DNA from: Andalucia godoyi And28
Taxonomy: Eukaryota; Protista; Jakobida
Assembly: GCA_009859145.1 (NCBI GenBank)
Contig: VRVR01000055.1
Span: 136,927-200,926 of the forward strand
Direction: 5' to 3'
Length of the DNA stretch: 64,000 bases
How positions within the stretch are numbered: the stretch's first letter is position 1; the number at the start of each line of letters is the position of its first letter. Position numbers and translations under genes: made by a program. The notes below the pieces were generated by a model. That model was not told the origin of the DNA. It did not search any database and saw only the letters and a list, made by a program, of their open reading frames with translations. Positions 22,801-32,985 of this stretch are shown here, piece after piece.

Positions 22801-25800
22801 AACTCTCTATGGAAGAGCTCACACGTCTGTATGACATTTACCGCGCTTTGTTTTCTTCGATGCGCGTTCTGGGAGGAATCCAGATTAACAGACCTATCGT
22901 GGATATATTATTCACTTTCTTCGGCTTGCACGGCAAGGACTCTCCGGCCGATATGGAGAAGGCCTGGGCCGAGTTTTGCGCGATTTCAGACGATGTCCGG
23001 AGTCCTGGAGACATTTTTTCCAGAATGCCATCGACTTACGTGCCCGTGTCGCGCAAGCAGGACACTGCGAAACAATCTGCCGCAGATGCACTCCGTGCAT
23101 TTCACAGCAACGAGCCGCTGTCTCGAGAACACCGCGACAAGATCGCCGACATGTTTGAAAACCGTGTGTTGGACGCAACATGCGGAGATTCGCACGCAAT
23201 GAAACTGGGCATTCCTGCTGTCGACAATTGGGTTGACGCTCAGCATTCCTACTGCAACCTAGTCACCAAACTTCGGAATGCAAAGACTGCGCCTGTTCTC
23301 TATCTCATGGATTTCTATGCACGATCTGTGCATAACTATTTCTCGATCGGCCTTCGCATAAACGTGGCGTCGGAACCTAACAAGTTTGACCGCGAGCGCG
23401 TACGTGCAGCATGCAACAATCTCGAGCCTGCACAGGATGTCAAGACAGTTGGAAAATGGCACAACCTGCTCCTTTCCAAATTGGAGAAATCGCATTCGTA
23501 CGTGTCATTCGATGCGGCTCTCGACGAGGTCCTTGATGAGATCGACAGCGACCATGCGACAAGACGGACGGAGATCCTGGCATCAGGCGCAATTGACAAT
23601 GTCGAAATAATGACGAGCATTCACGCGCGCAACTATCTCTGTTTCTACGTCAATAACGTGCGCCGAGCGATTAAGCAGGAGGTTGCAGACGACAAGTTGA
23701 CAATGGCCGGCCTAGAGCGTCGTGCATTCTCCAAGATCGAGAAGGCCGTCTGGGACCAGATCGTCAAGGAGTGCTCTCCGATCACCGGACTTCGATCTGT
23801 GCACAAGTTCATCGATTTCAAGAGGGTCATTGCGCGCGGCACAATGATCTGGGAGGAAATGCGGAAGGCGTTCCACAGCGCAAAGAAGCGCGGATGTCAC
23901 GTCGATGCGTTTGATTCGATGTACAGCAGAATGGTGCACACACCACAGGCGACTATTCTGAATCGCGATGCATCCATGATGTTCAACGACATGGACAATG
24001 CAACCCGCGAATTCCCGGCCGAACTCGCCGAGTTGTTCGCGCCGCTTGACGAATCTTCCGGCTATTCGATGATGTGTGACCAAATCGCCGACAGGGTGAA
24101 ACGCTACAATGCAATAATGGCCGAGTATCGGAAGCCGCATCAAGCATCCACTGTCAACACATTCGAAGCGTTCCGGAAGTTTATCGGGATAGATGTTGCG
24201 CACGCATCCGCGGAGTCGTCCGAAAATGTTTTTGATTCGGAAGATTTGAATCAGTTCGTCCAGAAAGAGCTCCAGTCGGACAATGCAACCCGCAAGGCTA
24301 TGGCCTACGCATTTTGTTATATCGTTGTTCCAAATGGCGGAGACATTTCTGCCGTTGCACACGATCTCTTCGTTATGGAGGAAAATATGCAGAAGGCAGA
24401 CGCAATCGTCCAACTGGTTGCCATGTACCAAATGCACCACGACTCGGGAAGTAGAAAATCTCGTTTACCTGATCTCCTGGTTCGGTACATTCAGTCATCG
24501 ACTCGATCGTATGCACGGTGCAGTGTTGTTCACGAAGTGCTTCAGATGTTGGCTTCTGTTGGCGGGCACGGCATTGCAATTGATTACAATCAACTGCAAC
24601 TCATTCCGCGCCAATTTCATACGTATTTCTTTGGAGTCGGCTCTTGGCACTCTTGTTGGGATGCTCTGCGCAAACTGTTGGAACACATCCGTCGCGTATT
24701 CCCGTGCAGCCTCGCGTTCACGCATCCGGACACGTTTTTCCGACAAATGCTCGAGCGGTTTGATGGCCCGTTCACCAAAGTCGTTTTGCAAGAATACATG
24801 CAGAATTTGATTAAGCAAGTCGTAACCCGTGTCCGCATTTCCAATCGCGCAGCGCAACTGTATCTCGAAAGAGTATGTTTGCCTTTGAGTATTGAGCCTA
24901 TCGACTTAGCCCCGCACATCGGACAGTTGGTCTCGACTTGGCAACCGTCACTGGAACTGTGCTCGGCAAAAGCAATGCCGATCGTGTCCAGACTAGAATT
25001 TGACGGACGGTCGGTGGGTGGTTGGAAATACGCCGAAATCCAGCATCATTGCGCAGTTGATAACGGGAATCGCATGACAATGGCTGATGCCCCGCACAAG
25101 TTCACATGGGAACGCCTGGCTGCGCCAAGTGAAGCAGTCGACGCAATCAACACGATAGCAGATCTCAGCAGTACACTAACTGCACAGAGCATCGTAGAAA
25201 AGGTGAAGCGGTCGTCTCCAATCATGCAAACGTTTGGGATTGACGCAGTTCCTCGCGTCGCCGTCCCGCTGGTTGCAACGCTCCGCTTGGTGCAGCATTC
25301 GCCAGAGGCTGCACAGACTCTAGCAGACATGATCAATCTGACCGAGGGGGAGGCCATCACGCCGCAGTTAGCGCAACTCATCAAGACGGGGAATTCCGAC
25401 GTTGCGTCGATCTATGCCTATTTCCAGCGAATCCACCCCGATCATCCGAGTGCAAGGTATCGCATCGTCACGGCAGTTGAGAAAGCGATCGAAAAGGCTC
25501 CGGACCACAAGTTGGTAATCGGAGGAAAGGACGCCCGCGACATTGTCGGGTATCTGGGACGGCGGCCAGAAGGAGCAGCAGCAATCACAGACCATGGCGC
25601 GCGCATGGCGTCGATTGTCCGATCAGCCGCGCGGACGCATTCCATGGCCGATTTGGCCAAACTCGAGGAACATCCAGACGACGCGGACATGTTGAAGCAG
25701 ATGATCACATGGTTCTGGCTGCGCAAGGGCGCCGTCTTCCCGGAAGGCGTTATTTCGGCGACGAAGATGATATCAGAGCGCGGCCCGTTCCCCCCGTTTA

Positions 25801-26297
25801 CGCTCCTTGTCGATGTGCGCACGCGCGAGGCCTTTGTGAAACAGTTTGTGCTGCTCGGGGTTGAATGTGCGTTGACAAAGAACGACAAGCGCAAGGAAGC
25901 GCTGACGGCATTTTTGCAAAAGATCAAGTCTGTTTCAAGGCCTCCAAAACGAAACCATATGAATATCGAGGACGCGTTTGAGATTGGATGCCATCTGCAA
26001 GCCATGCTCAAGAAATTGCGGAAAGACGTGCACATACTCGATCTTTCCATTGATTCATACATCCAATTGCATTCGGCAATCGACATGGACTGTCCGTCGT
26101 TGATTGGCTCCATCCGCACATGCGCATCCCCCAGTTTGCAAGCAGATATTGACGAAATCTGCAAGACGCGCGGATTCTCGATCAAGAAGGTCGATCTTGG
26201 ACGGTATCCAGTGTCGGAGCTCCTGCGGCGGATGCGAATGAATCGCGATGACATCGACCGAATTGTGGGCTGGCATTTGAAAACGGCTGAGATATAA
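19869..26297 (+). CDS. very large intronless hypothetical protein (2142 aa)
   Basis: A 6.4-kb uninterrupted ORF cannot arise by chance; mostly helical composition; no motif recognised. Confidence 0.9.
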   Translation: MPNIRFTITDNSGSLCQDRVSIPCANGKAFASWISSNVFAGFPKQSRGDLLKIFFGHLVCFFKYGMWLPRFYLDRFGKPCGIDLSRSFEDIGHMLQSNADVEIGIKFATHSYYALVRGYEFAEEKHVQHVPFEYRHSICCAFMYVEESHRNSPVFEWRQYRIIDAASAKETTCALPVPLSKFAAFTDLKTYCEISKRGRDDTAALKAQVTGLSVYQAIHFALHKENLNTKIVGALADGPKIEVYLSNGLPKDKMRSFDLFDVLQLRYIPHAEDSVRFVWLQRTQTGDIDAMRLAKRENRFGGIEEAQRVLDRSMRSVMDYRVRSGEKFLSEENTIYWETRFGERADARSHLNAVFANTPYVRSDDLAVTNANRGYGDNLRDRPSKVVTAWWNNAPLQMIHFIGKDAPEINRVNMGRVGFAEGAATLEKAERDEDVPIADYIPCVRGHVSAKIIREHRDVFVSTVKACCVEYRELLGYARYARDLSEFYTRYEPIIRSLVTNNIDAMKSELDQLLRYVKPLKDLVETADLVDAVKALPDAVVFNTYAVEKGSLPENATLDGYELRIADDVQTLGKIQDAYPVLLFVTVERIAETYGSSEHLAAVKRMADVFNDYPIGKALPTGSISESIRKLGHKIFADAMRSDEAKRRYQSTKLLSNKAHAHMETAGALFPVLHGVVRFGVATEATKEDIAKVFQSDLAAIVAQATAIRAIPSVEEVKTTLPMEGGEWIGYNAVLAAQRTAAYMIGYWIKSFRLRDFSVRPVVNSGVEVQVETEDSKAITPTSEEEARMNRLAETELMVAQTLVYLYGGLESSKNVEEARRALCASNSKSHVDALSNAIRSFCEETKIEYDGIRAWVTPARNVGHTMPYVENRQSASDELITEYRNLYNTGVNVDAVFTVKTAVEMLCAARHALGMSYIAMDVHARFETHNMKTVDSEKSICTAAVQCQWIVMALYNMLETMGVIDSSRDITITKDRQLSMEELTRLYDIYRALFSSMRVLGGIQINRPIVDILFTFFGLHGKDSPADMEKAWAEFCAISDDVRSPGDIFSRMPSTYVPVSRKQDTAKQSAADALRAFHSNEPLSREHRDKIADMFENRVLDATCGDSHAMKLGIPAVDNWVDAQHSYCNLVTKLRNAKTAPVLYLMDFYARSVHNYFSIGLRINVASEPNKFDRERVRAACNNLEPAQDVKTVGKWHNLLLSKLEKSHSYVSFDAALDEVLDEIDSDHATRRTEILASGAIDNVEIMTSIHARNYLCFYVNNVRRAIKQEVADDKLTMAGLERRAFSKIEKAVWDQIVKECSPITGLRSVHKFIDFKRVIARGTMIWEEMRKAFHSAKKRGCHVDAFDSMYSRMVHTPQATILNRDASMMFNDMDNATREFPAELAELFAPLDESSGYSMMCDQIADRVKRYNAIMAEYRKPHQASTVNTFEAFRKFIGIDVAHASAESSENVFDSEDLNQFVQKELQSDNATRKAMAYAFCYIVVPNGGDISAVAHDLFVMEENMQKADAIVQLVAMYQMHHDSGSRKSRLPDLLVRYIQSSTRSYARCSVVHEVLQMLASVGGHGIAIDYNQLQLIPRQFHTYFFGVGSWHSCWDALRKLLEHIRRVFPCSLAFTHPDTFFRQMLERFDGPFTKVVLQEYMQNLIKQVVTRVRISNRAAQLYLERVCLPLSIEPIDLAPHIGQLVSTWQPSLELCSAKAMPIVSRLEFDGRSVGGWKYAEIQHHCAVDNGNRMTMADAPHKFTWERLAAPSEAVDAINTIADLSSTLTAQSIVEKVKRSSPIMQTFGIDAVPRVAVPLVATLRLVQHSPEAAQTLADMINLTEGEAITPQLAQLIKTGNSDVASIYAYFQRIHPDHPSARYRIVTAVEKAIEKAPDHKLVIGGKDARDIVGYLGRRPEGAAAITDHGARMASIVRSAARTHSMADLAKLEEHPDDADMLKQMITWFWLRKGAVFPEGVISATKMISERGPFPPFTLLVDVRTREAFVKQFVLLGVECALTKNDKRKEALTAFLQKIKSVSRPPKRNHMNIEDAFEIGCHLQAMLKKLRKDVHILDLSIDSYIQLHSAIDMDCPSLIGSIRTCASPSLQADIDEICKTRGFSIKKVDLGRYPVSELLRRMRMNRDDIDRIVGWHLKTAEI

Positions 26298-26554
26298 TAA
26301 TCTACGACTGTACTTCCTCGACAAAATGAGCTTGCATCACGTGATGCCTGGCTTATCTAGAAGCTTAAAGGACCCTGCTTCGTTAGGGTTGCAGCTTGCA
26401 GAAGGTTTATGGATTCCCCCTTCGCGCTTTCGTATGACAGATCCAGAGCTGGCATTGCGGTCAAGCCGCAGCGTGAACGTAGAATGACGATTTTCATGAA
26501 TTCCGAATAAATTCGTTCGACTCCAGTACCTTCTATCCGACGGCTCTCATTCAC

Positions 26555-27373
26555 ATGATCCAAAGAGTCACCGTTGAACACTTCGAAGCCGGACACCCGT
26601 CCCCTTCGATTGCACAATCTCTCATCACATTTTCGCTTATCGGAAATTCGTTTTTCCTTCTTGCGCGAGGATGCGATGTGCGTGTATTCCCCATTGCTCT
26701 CGTATGGCTCACGATTGCGGACTGGTTCGCATTGCGTGCATTCCGTCGATCGGTGGTTTATTTCATCTGTCGATGGATTGTCCCATTCAATGCCACCATG
26801 TTGTTGCAACGGTCGTTTAAGAGCGCGTTTCCCCTCCGATGGATCACAAATTGGTACTTTTCGAAGTATTTAACGACCGTACATGCTTTCTATTCTACTG
26901 GGAGCCGTTCGCTGTTCGACATGTTCGTCTACCGTCCTGCGGCCTATTTCTTCGTGCCACTCACGTGGTTTGAGGGATTGGTTGGAGAGTACGGGCTCAG
27001 ATGTTGGTTGGACACGTTGAAAGATGCATGCGCTGGGTTTGTGCCCAGTAACACGGCATCGACTAGCAAATTTGGACAGAACCAACTTGGCAGGGACAAC
27101 GCTCAGATTCAGTGGCGCGTTTCGGTTCTCTCAATCATCTTTCCGTTTGTTATTTCCTATTGGTGGAACTGGCTTATTCGGCACGTTGAAGGACCACATC
27201 ACACATCGCATTTTTGCGGTGAAAATGACTGGCTGATCGGCCTGCTTGTAACGGTGCTTTTCGCCATGTGTGTAACTCCGGACATCCCAACGCTGATCAT
27301 CGTGTCGTTTGTGCTTCTTTTCGCTGCCGCGATACTCACCTGTTTGTTTGGTTTTCATAGTCGGCGTCGATAG
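26555..27373 (+). CDS. multi-pass membrane protein, possibly 7TM-like
   Basis: 272-aa ORF with several hydrophobic, aromatic-rich segments and a YGLRCWLD loop; family not recognised. Confidence 0.45.
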   Translation: MIQRVTVEHFEAGHPSPSIAQSLITFSLIGNSFFLLARGCDVRVFPIALVWLTIADWFALRAFRRSVVYFICRWIVPFNATMLLQRSFKSAFPLRWITNWYFSKYLTTVHAFYSTGSRSLFDMFVYRPAAYFFVPLTWFEGLVGEYGLRCWLDTLKDACAGFVPSNTASTSKFGQNQLGRDNAQIQWRVSVLSIIFPFVISYWWNWLIRHVEGPHHTSHFCGENDWLIGLLVTVLFAMCVTPDIPTLIIVSFVLLFAAAILTCLFGFHSRRR

Positions 27374-27416
27374 GCTAATAAATCATTTCGGCGGCAGAGA
27401 CGCCACTGTTCCTCCG

Positions 27417-27882
27417 TTAACAGTTGTGAGTTGCAGTGCATTTCATGACCAAAAGCAGATTGTTTTGGATGCACGGCGTAGTCCACTGCATACTGTAATC
27501 GTCAAGACGTTGGCAAGCCACCGCAAACAAATCTAACTTCTTCATCAGAAGCGCATTTCCATCTTCAGTGACCCGCTGCTGTGATGGCATCATGCTTCCG
27601 TACGAGTCCATTCATAATTGGGCCCAGCTGTGCGTCACAAAGTCGACCAGGTGGCAGAGGGTAGTAGCACGCGAGACCATCGAACGCATTCTCAAGCATC
27701 GGTTGTGTGACAAACAAGCCATCTGCACTATTACCAGTTACTTCCCGACCCGAACTGCCGTCCTTGTCGCTGTCATTTTCAAAGATACGTGGAAGAACAT
27801 CAAGCAGCATGTCTTTCAACAGGGATTCTAAACGATCGATGTCGTCTTCTTCCAAAGTGGGTTTGAATATTTCAGGTAGCAT
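27417..27882 (-). pseudogene. hypothetical protein split over two frames
   Basis: Overlapping ORFs 27565-27882 and 27417-27611 with protein-like composition (LEEDDIDRLESLLKDMLLDVLPRIF). Confidence 0.3.
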
Positions 27883-28348
27883 TGCTCACATTCATGCACT
27901 GAGCTAACTAACAAAAATATGCGATTTCTGGCCAAAAAGCGCTCTCATCAATTGATTCTACGATTGAACGCTATGCAAGAAGAACGGTTTGCGTTGACGG
28001 TATAAAATAAATGACAAACAAATATAATAAACAAATGTTTACTATATGGCACTAGAAAACAAAACAAAACACAAGAAGAGTACAAAAGAAAGAAGACAAA
28101 CAAACAAAAACGATGAAAGAAAGAAGAAAGAAACGCAGGAGCGAGCCCTGCGCGGACAGCGACAGTCGTCGTCCACGACAGCGTGTGGTTGACACAATAA
28201 AAGAACACAGAGTGCTTATCTATCTCCACAATAAAACGAAAGAGAAAAGAAACACAAACACGAACACGAACACGAACACGATGCTAACGGCGAAAGTGAC
28301 TGCAGCAGGCGGCGTACAGTAGGCGCACGCCACAAGCGTGCTCCCGCT

Positions 28349-29535
28349 TCACGCAATAATCTGGCATGAGACGGCTGCTCCGTACGCCTCCCATTCGACA
28401 GTATAATAAACAGACGGTGTTGTGTGAAATGCCACGGAGAGGAAGTGAAACTCCGGGATGGTGGTTCCGCAAATCACTGCACTTCGTCGACCAATGTGCA
28501 CCTTGCAATTCCGGCGATGCAGGACGGGTGCTGTCCCTGCCGGAGAAATCGTAGCATTCACCAACAGACAGAGCATGTCAGCGATCGGTAGAATCCGGTC
28601 AGCGACTGACCACAGGAACCGAGCAAATTCGAGAGCGATGGCAGGATGCAAGCAATCCGTGCCAAGCGTCGTTTGGTACATTTCGCTATTATCGTAGAAG
28701 CATTCTCTCGGTGCATACGTGATGTGTTGCACTGCATAATCTGCATCATCCGAAAGAACATTTCCACAATCTCGCATCGCAGCCCAAAGAGGCTGCCATG
28801 CGCACAAGATCGCCTCTGAGTTTGTTGGCGCGCAAAAACATGCTTGCTCCAATGGTCGCATCCGAAAGGCGTCGATCCTTCATGGCCTTACATTCACCGT
28901 CAATGCCTACTGCGTCGTAGAAAAGCTGCTTCACTGGAGCGCTGAAACATCCAAGTTGCATGCCGATTAGCAACATGGTGATCCTTTCCAGACGTGTACG
29001 TCTCTTTGGAAGATGCATGTGTGAACTGAAACAGAACACACTGGAAGCCACATGCAACGCTGCCGTTGAGATGTACTCGGACAAGTTGCGGAGTGCCGGG
29101 TTCTCTTCGCCGCTGTTCGCAGTTGCAGCATGGATGATTGCGAGAGGCTCTTCAGCCAAAGACTGTGCAGTTCACAAGGTCGTCGTCCAGAATGTGCGGC
29201 AAGTTCACCATTTCATACCGGCCAACGCAATCTGCAGGCGCGTGCTAGAGATTTTTCAAGCCGCAAATGACGCCTCGAGACGGATCTTTCGTACGGTCGG
29301 TCTGCTCCAGAACATCCCTGGATTCACAAAGCAGTCAAAATGTGACGTTGTTGAGAGCCTTGGGAACAAGCCCAATTGAAGCATTGCTCGTTTTCGTCCT
29401 ACTGATGTCAGACGTGCGGACCACTGTAATGTACTCTGGCGGATCCTCCATGTACACCTCCGAAATAACACTGATTCCATTGGTCGCAGCCAGCTTCGCG
29501 GACGGTAACGCGAAAACGGTCGACAGCACATGCAA
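28349..29535 (-). pseudogene. decayed hypothetical gene in three overlapping frames
   Basis: Successive ORFs 29335-29535, 28746-29159 and 28349-28861 on one strand with protein-like composition. Confidence 0.35.
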
Positions 29536-29556
29536 GTGACCAATTACGCCCTCTTA

Positions 29557-29601
29557 TTTCGTTGGAATGTAATCTTGGGTCGCAAGCTCCTATATCAACA
29601 C
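29557..29601. repeat. 45-bp direct repeat, copy 1 (copy 2 at 31335-31379)
   Basis: TTTCGTTGGAATGTAATCTTGGGTCGCAAGCTCCTATATCAACAC versus TTTCGTTGGATTATAATCTTGGGTCCCAAACTCCTACATCAACAC: 40/45 identical. Confidence 0.85.
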
Positions 29602-30239
29602 GGGCTTGCGAACGGAGTTGTCGTGGACAACAGCAGTAGGTGTTCGCGCAAGATTCGCGCTTGTTTGTTTGTCTGCTTGTTTTATTTCTTGTGTTTTGTT
29701 TTGTTTCGTAATGTGCGCATAAAATACTGTTGTTTTTTTTAATTATATTTTGTTTTTATTTCTACAGTCAACACACAGTCATGCGAACTCGAGTTCGCCT
29801 AAAATCGACTTCGGTCGTAACAAACAGTCATGCGGGTCATAGAGCACCGATCCTTCGTATCGTTGTAAAAATGATAATAATTCACGTAAACATTTATTTT
29901 GTGGTGTCATTACACTTTCCCCCTAATCACAATGTTGAAATAGAAAGTGGTTTCCGTAATGACAGACTCGGAAATGCCGATACAGCATCCAATAGTTGGC
30001 CAGTCGACCATCGCCCGCAGAGCCAAAAGATTGCGTGTGCATTTGCATAGATGTAGTGTATGTGAGATGCCCGAGTTCTGCATTGTGAAACAATAAAAGA
30101 AACAAAGCAACAGCTTCTGCGCTCAGTCTGAGCTAATTTTACGCGTTTCTGGTTTCCGCTTCTGGATTCTCAACACACCAGACAACCAAAGGCAAAATGT
30201 CCACGGAATTCGAATTCGATCTTTAAATGGTCTGTTTGC

Positions 30240-30641
30240 TTACGACATTCCAACGACGGATGCCGGGGAATGGACGCACGCAAGAGATTTCCACTCTGCT
30301 GGATTCTGGATCTTGAGGCCACGATAGTAGTTTGAGCGCAACATCAAGTTGATGTGATCAGTCTCCGCACACACCGCACCAAAACAGTCGAAGCACGTGC
30401 ACGGGATGCACGACCCGCTGAGGTAGTACTTGTGGAGACCCAGACAGCCACCGAGACACAAAACAATCGGGTTGCAGACCATGCAACATGCGACGATCTT
30501 GAGCTTCTCAGCAGGAACAGGAGGCCAGAAGCTGTAGGCAGGCTCTGGGGCTGGAGCCGCCATTTGCTGTTGAACCATCATTGGAGGTTGCATGACCATC
30601 ATCGGAGGACTTGCAATTACCGCAGGCTGAGCAACTAGCAT
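30240..30641 (-). CDS. Pro/Met/Gln-rich, Cys-rich TM2-domain-like membrane protein
   Basis: N-terminus PPMMVMQPPMMVQQQ followed by VLCLGGCLGLHKYYLSG, which resembles the TM2 motif (FLG.LG.HrfYLG). The 3' end may be spliced. Confidence 0.6.
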   Translation of the reverse strand: MLVAQPAVIASPPMMVMQPPMMVQQQMAAPAPEPAYSFWPPVPAEKLKIVACCMVCNPIVLCLGGCLGLHKYYLSGSCIPCTCFDCFGAVCAETDHINLMLRSNYYRGLKIQNPAEWKSLACVHSPASVVGMS

Positions 30642-31334
30642 CTTGCTTCGTAGAGGTGTTGAGGTTTCTTCAGCAAAAATGAAAAAAAGAAAGGAAAAGA
30701 AAAGAGGAAAAAAGAAAAGAACACGAAAAGTGCGAACTGGGGAAAAGCGAAAAAAGAGAAACGAGCCCCGCTAGAGGGCCTCGACGACCGATCGCGCTCT
30801 GGGGTTCGGTCCGAATGTGAGCCGGACATCCGCACCATCCATCTCGAAAAGGAAGTTTCCGGTTGGGAATGCGACGTGGCTGTCAGCTGAAAGAAACACT
30901 CTGGAACGATGAGCCAGACTTGGGCAGAATGATTTTTGCATGCCAGTTACAACAAAAATATTTTCCTGATCACACAATCCATGTCACTCCGGTTTGCCAG
31001 CACATCACGCTTGCATGTCAACCTCCGACGGCGACCCAGAATGTCGGAGGAGACGCAGAAGAATGGTAAAACGAAGCATACAAACAACAGCATGCCCACA
31101 TCGCGACAAGATCCGCTGCGGGATACCATAAATGTGATGAAGAAAGAATCGCTTCTGGTGGAACTTGTGTGATGTCATTTGACAGAGGAATAAATATCAC
31201 TTCAGGTCAACGTATTATGACAGTTGGGAAATAAGTATTTACTCACACTCTTTCTTTCTGTCATTGTTTCTTCGTTTTGTTTATTATAAAGGTTTGGGTG
31301 TGTCATTATCAAAAAAACACTATCACAATCCCCG

Positions 31335-31379
31335 TTTCGTTGGATTATAATCTTGGGTCCCAAACTCCTACATCAACAC
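31335..31379. repeat. 45-bp direct repeat, copy 2
   Basis: See 29557-29601. Confidence 0.85.
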
Positions 31380-32416
31380 AGGGTATCGAACGATGATTAG
31401 GCGAAGGATGACCTTCGTGAAGCGGTTCATTTCGCATTTCACAGGCGCAGTGAAGCCGGCGAAGGTTGGGAAGAGTCGCCTGAATGGGTTTCTTGGTTTG
31501 ACGATCGCGATCTACTGGACACTTGGTGTCGAAAAGCTGGCATCGTCGTTTTAAGACTCAGCACGCCACTTCTCCAATTGATCGTGAGTGTCTCAACGGA
31601 TGTTCTACACCATGTCCTTGCTGTTCAGCGACGAACGGTTCAAGAAGTTCATGTGGAGTGGAGTGGGAGATTTACTTGGACTGAAGGAGCGAACAGCGCG
31701 TCTTCGGAACTGTAGTCATCATCGAGACATGCAACCCTGGTATGGTCTCCAGTAATCCAAATCGATGAGTGGGAGCTACTACATTAACATCGTGAGGTTT
31801 CTTTAATTTTCTGCACCATGTAATCATCGTCGTACTGCCCCCCTAACATCCATGAAATCGTGCCAATGCATATTCGATGCGCGATGCACGAGCCGTCCAG
31901 TCTGTTTCGATCAGTTTGGCATGGTCAGCGCAGCTTGTTGGTCCTCCATCGGCAGAGCGGGCAGCAGGCGTCCGTCCGAAACACTGAAACCAGGCCAATA
32001 ACTTCAGATGACGACCCCGTGGACAGTCTGCTGGGTAGGATGCACGTGGATGACTGAATCCGGCTACTGGCTCTCAATCACGCAAACGCACCACGTAATG
32101 AACACTGGCAAGATGGATCACGGAGAGCCATCGATCCTCGAAACCAGACTGGTCGTCGTCGTTGAGCCGTTCAACACACTTCCGCCTCTTTCCTGACACC
32201 AGTGTTTCAGAACCAAGAGTGGTTTGGTCCATATAAAGACAGCCTGCAGAACGTACAAGAAATACGGACCGTGATGGGCCTCGTGAACAGCGAGACCACC
32301 GTGATCGTCCTGTTTGTTTTCGGAAACATGGCAGCAGGTGCGCTCTCCGTCGAGCAGCAGAGTGAGCTATTCCCGCCGTGCTTCCGACAAGATGCAAACA
32401 GCGCCTCGGTGGTCAA
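31365..32416 (-). pseudogene. heavily decayed gene with many in-frame stops
   Basis: One frame reads protein-like through stops: ...SKDMV*NIR*DTHDQLEKWRAES*NDDASFSTPSVQ*IAIVKPRNPFRRLFPTFAGF...YPVLM*. The 5' extent is uncertain. Confidence 0.35.
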
Positions 32417-32478
32417 CCAGTTCTTATGCGATACGTGTATTTACTTAATTCATAAAAGTAAAATCAGCTAGAGAAAAA

Positions 32479-32985
32479 CTACAACATAAAGTTCAGAAGA
32501 ATCGCAAAGGAGGCAGAGAGCCCAAGAAGCACGTTCCATCTCGCGCTCGCAGCTCCCGAGGTCTCGCAGGTTGTGCCCTTGACACCCACTGCAACGGAGC
32601 CGGAGCCTGTGCCAGAGTCAATGGAGAAGAAATTGAGACCGCCTTCGCACGTCCCGCCAAAGTAGCGCAGTGCAAACGTAAAATCCTTGGTCGAATCTGC
32701 GGCCAGGTACGCCGGAACAGCACAGGTGTTGCCGCCCTGCGAGTCAACGCTGCAGCGATACACATAGTTGAGTGTGTACTTTGTTCCGAGAACAGTGATA
32801 TTCAAGGTGGACACCTCCAGTGACTGCACGCCCAGTGTCTGCCCGGTGGTGCCGTTGACAATGCAGAAAACATTGTTTTCAAACTCGGGATACACCTGGG
32901 CAACAGTCGTCGGGCAGGCAGCACGGGCACACGGGAGAGTGAATGCAAAGGCTGCAAAGATGGCGAGAATGGCAAGGGATTTCAT
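32479..32985 (-). CDS. secreted, probably GPI-anchored small Cys-containing protein
   Basis: Signal peptide MKSLAILAIFAAFAFTLPCARA, a Cys-containing ectodomain, then small residues SGAAS and a hydrophobic C-terminus (VLLGLSASFAILLNFML). Confidence 0.75.
   Translation of the reverse strand: MKSLAILAIFAAFAFTLPCARAACPTTVAQVYPEFENNVFCIVNGTTGQTLGVQSLEVSTLNITVLGTKYTLNYVYRCSVDSQGGNTCAVPAYLAADSTKDFTFALRYFGGTCEGGLNFFSIDSGTGSGSVAVGVKGTTCETSGAASARWNVLLGLSASFAILLNFML

Noticed and set aside
19869-26297. 2142-aa ORF as a Gly-Gly-cleaved polyprotein substrate (ASFV pp220-like) for the nearby protease
   Set aside because: About eight GG dipeptides is close to chance for this length, and there is no N-terminal myristoylation Gly.
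26334-26347. 14-bp palindrome GCATCACGTGATGC after the 2142-aa gene as a giant-virus-type termination hairpin
   Set aside because: A single short instance, not seen after other genes; about one such palindrome is not improbable in 64 kb.
28251-28280. (AACACG)n and other short tandem runs (also GAAC repeats ~34343, poly-G 3768-3782) as telomeric or CRISPR-like arrays
   Set aside because: Simple microsatellites of a few units with no spacers; no CRISPR, tRNA or rRNA signal was seen anywhere in the window.
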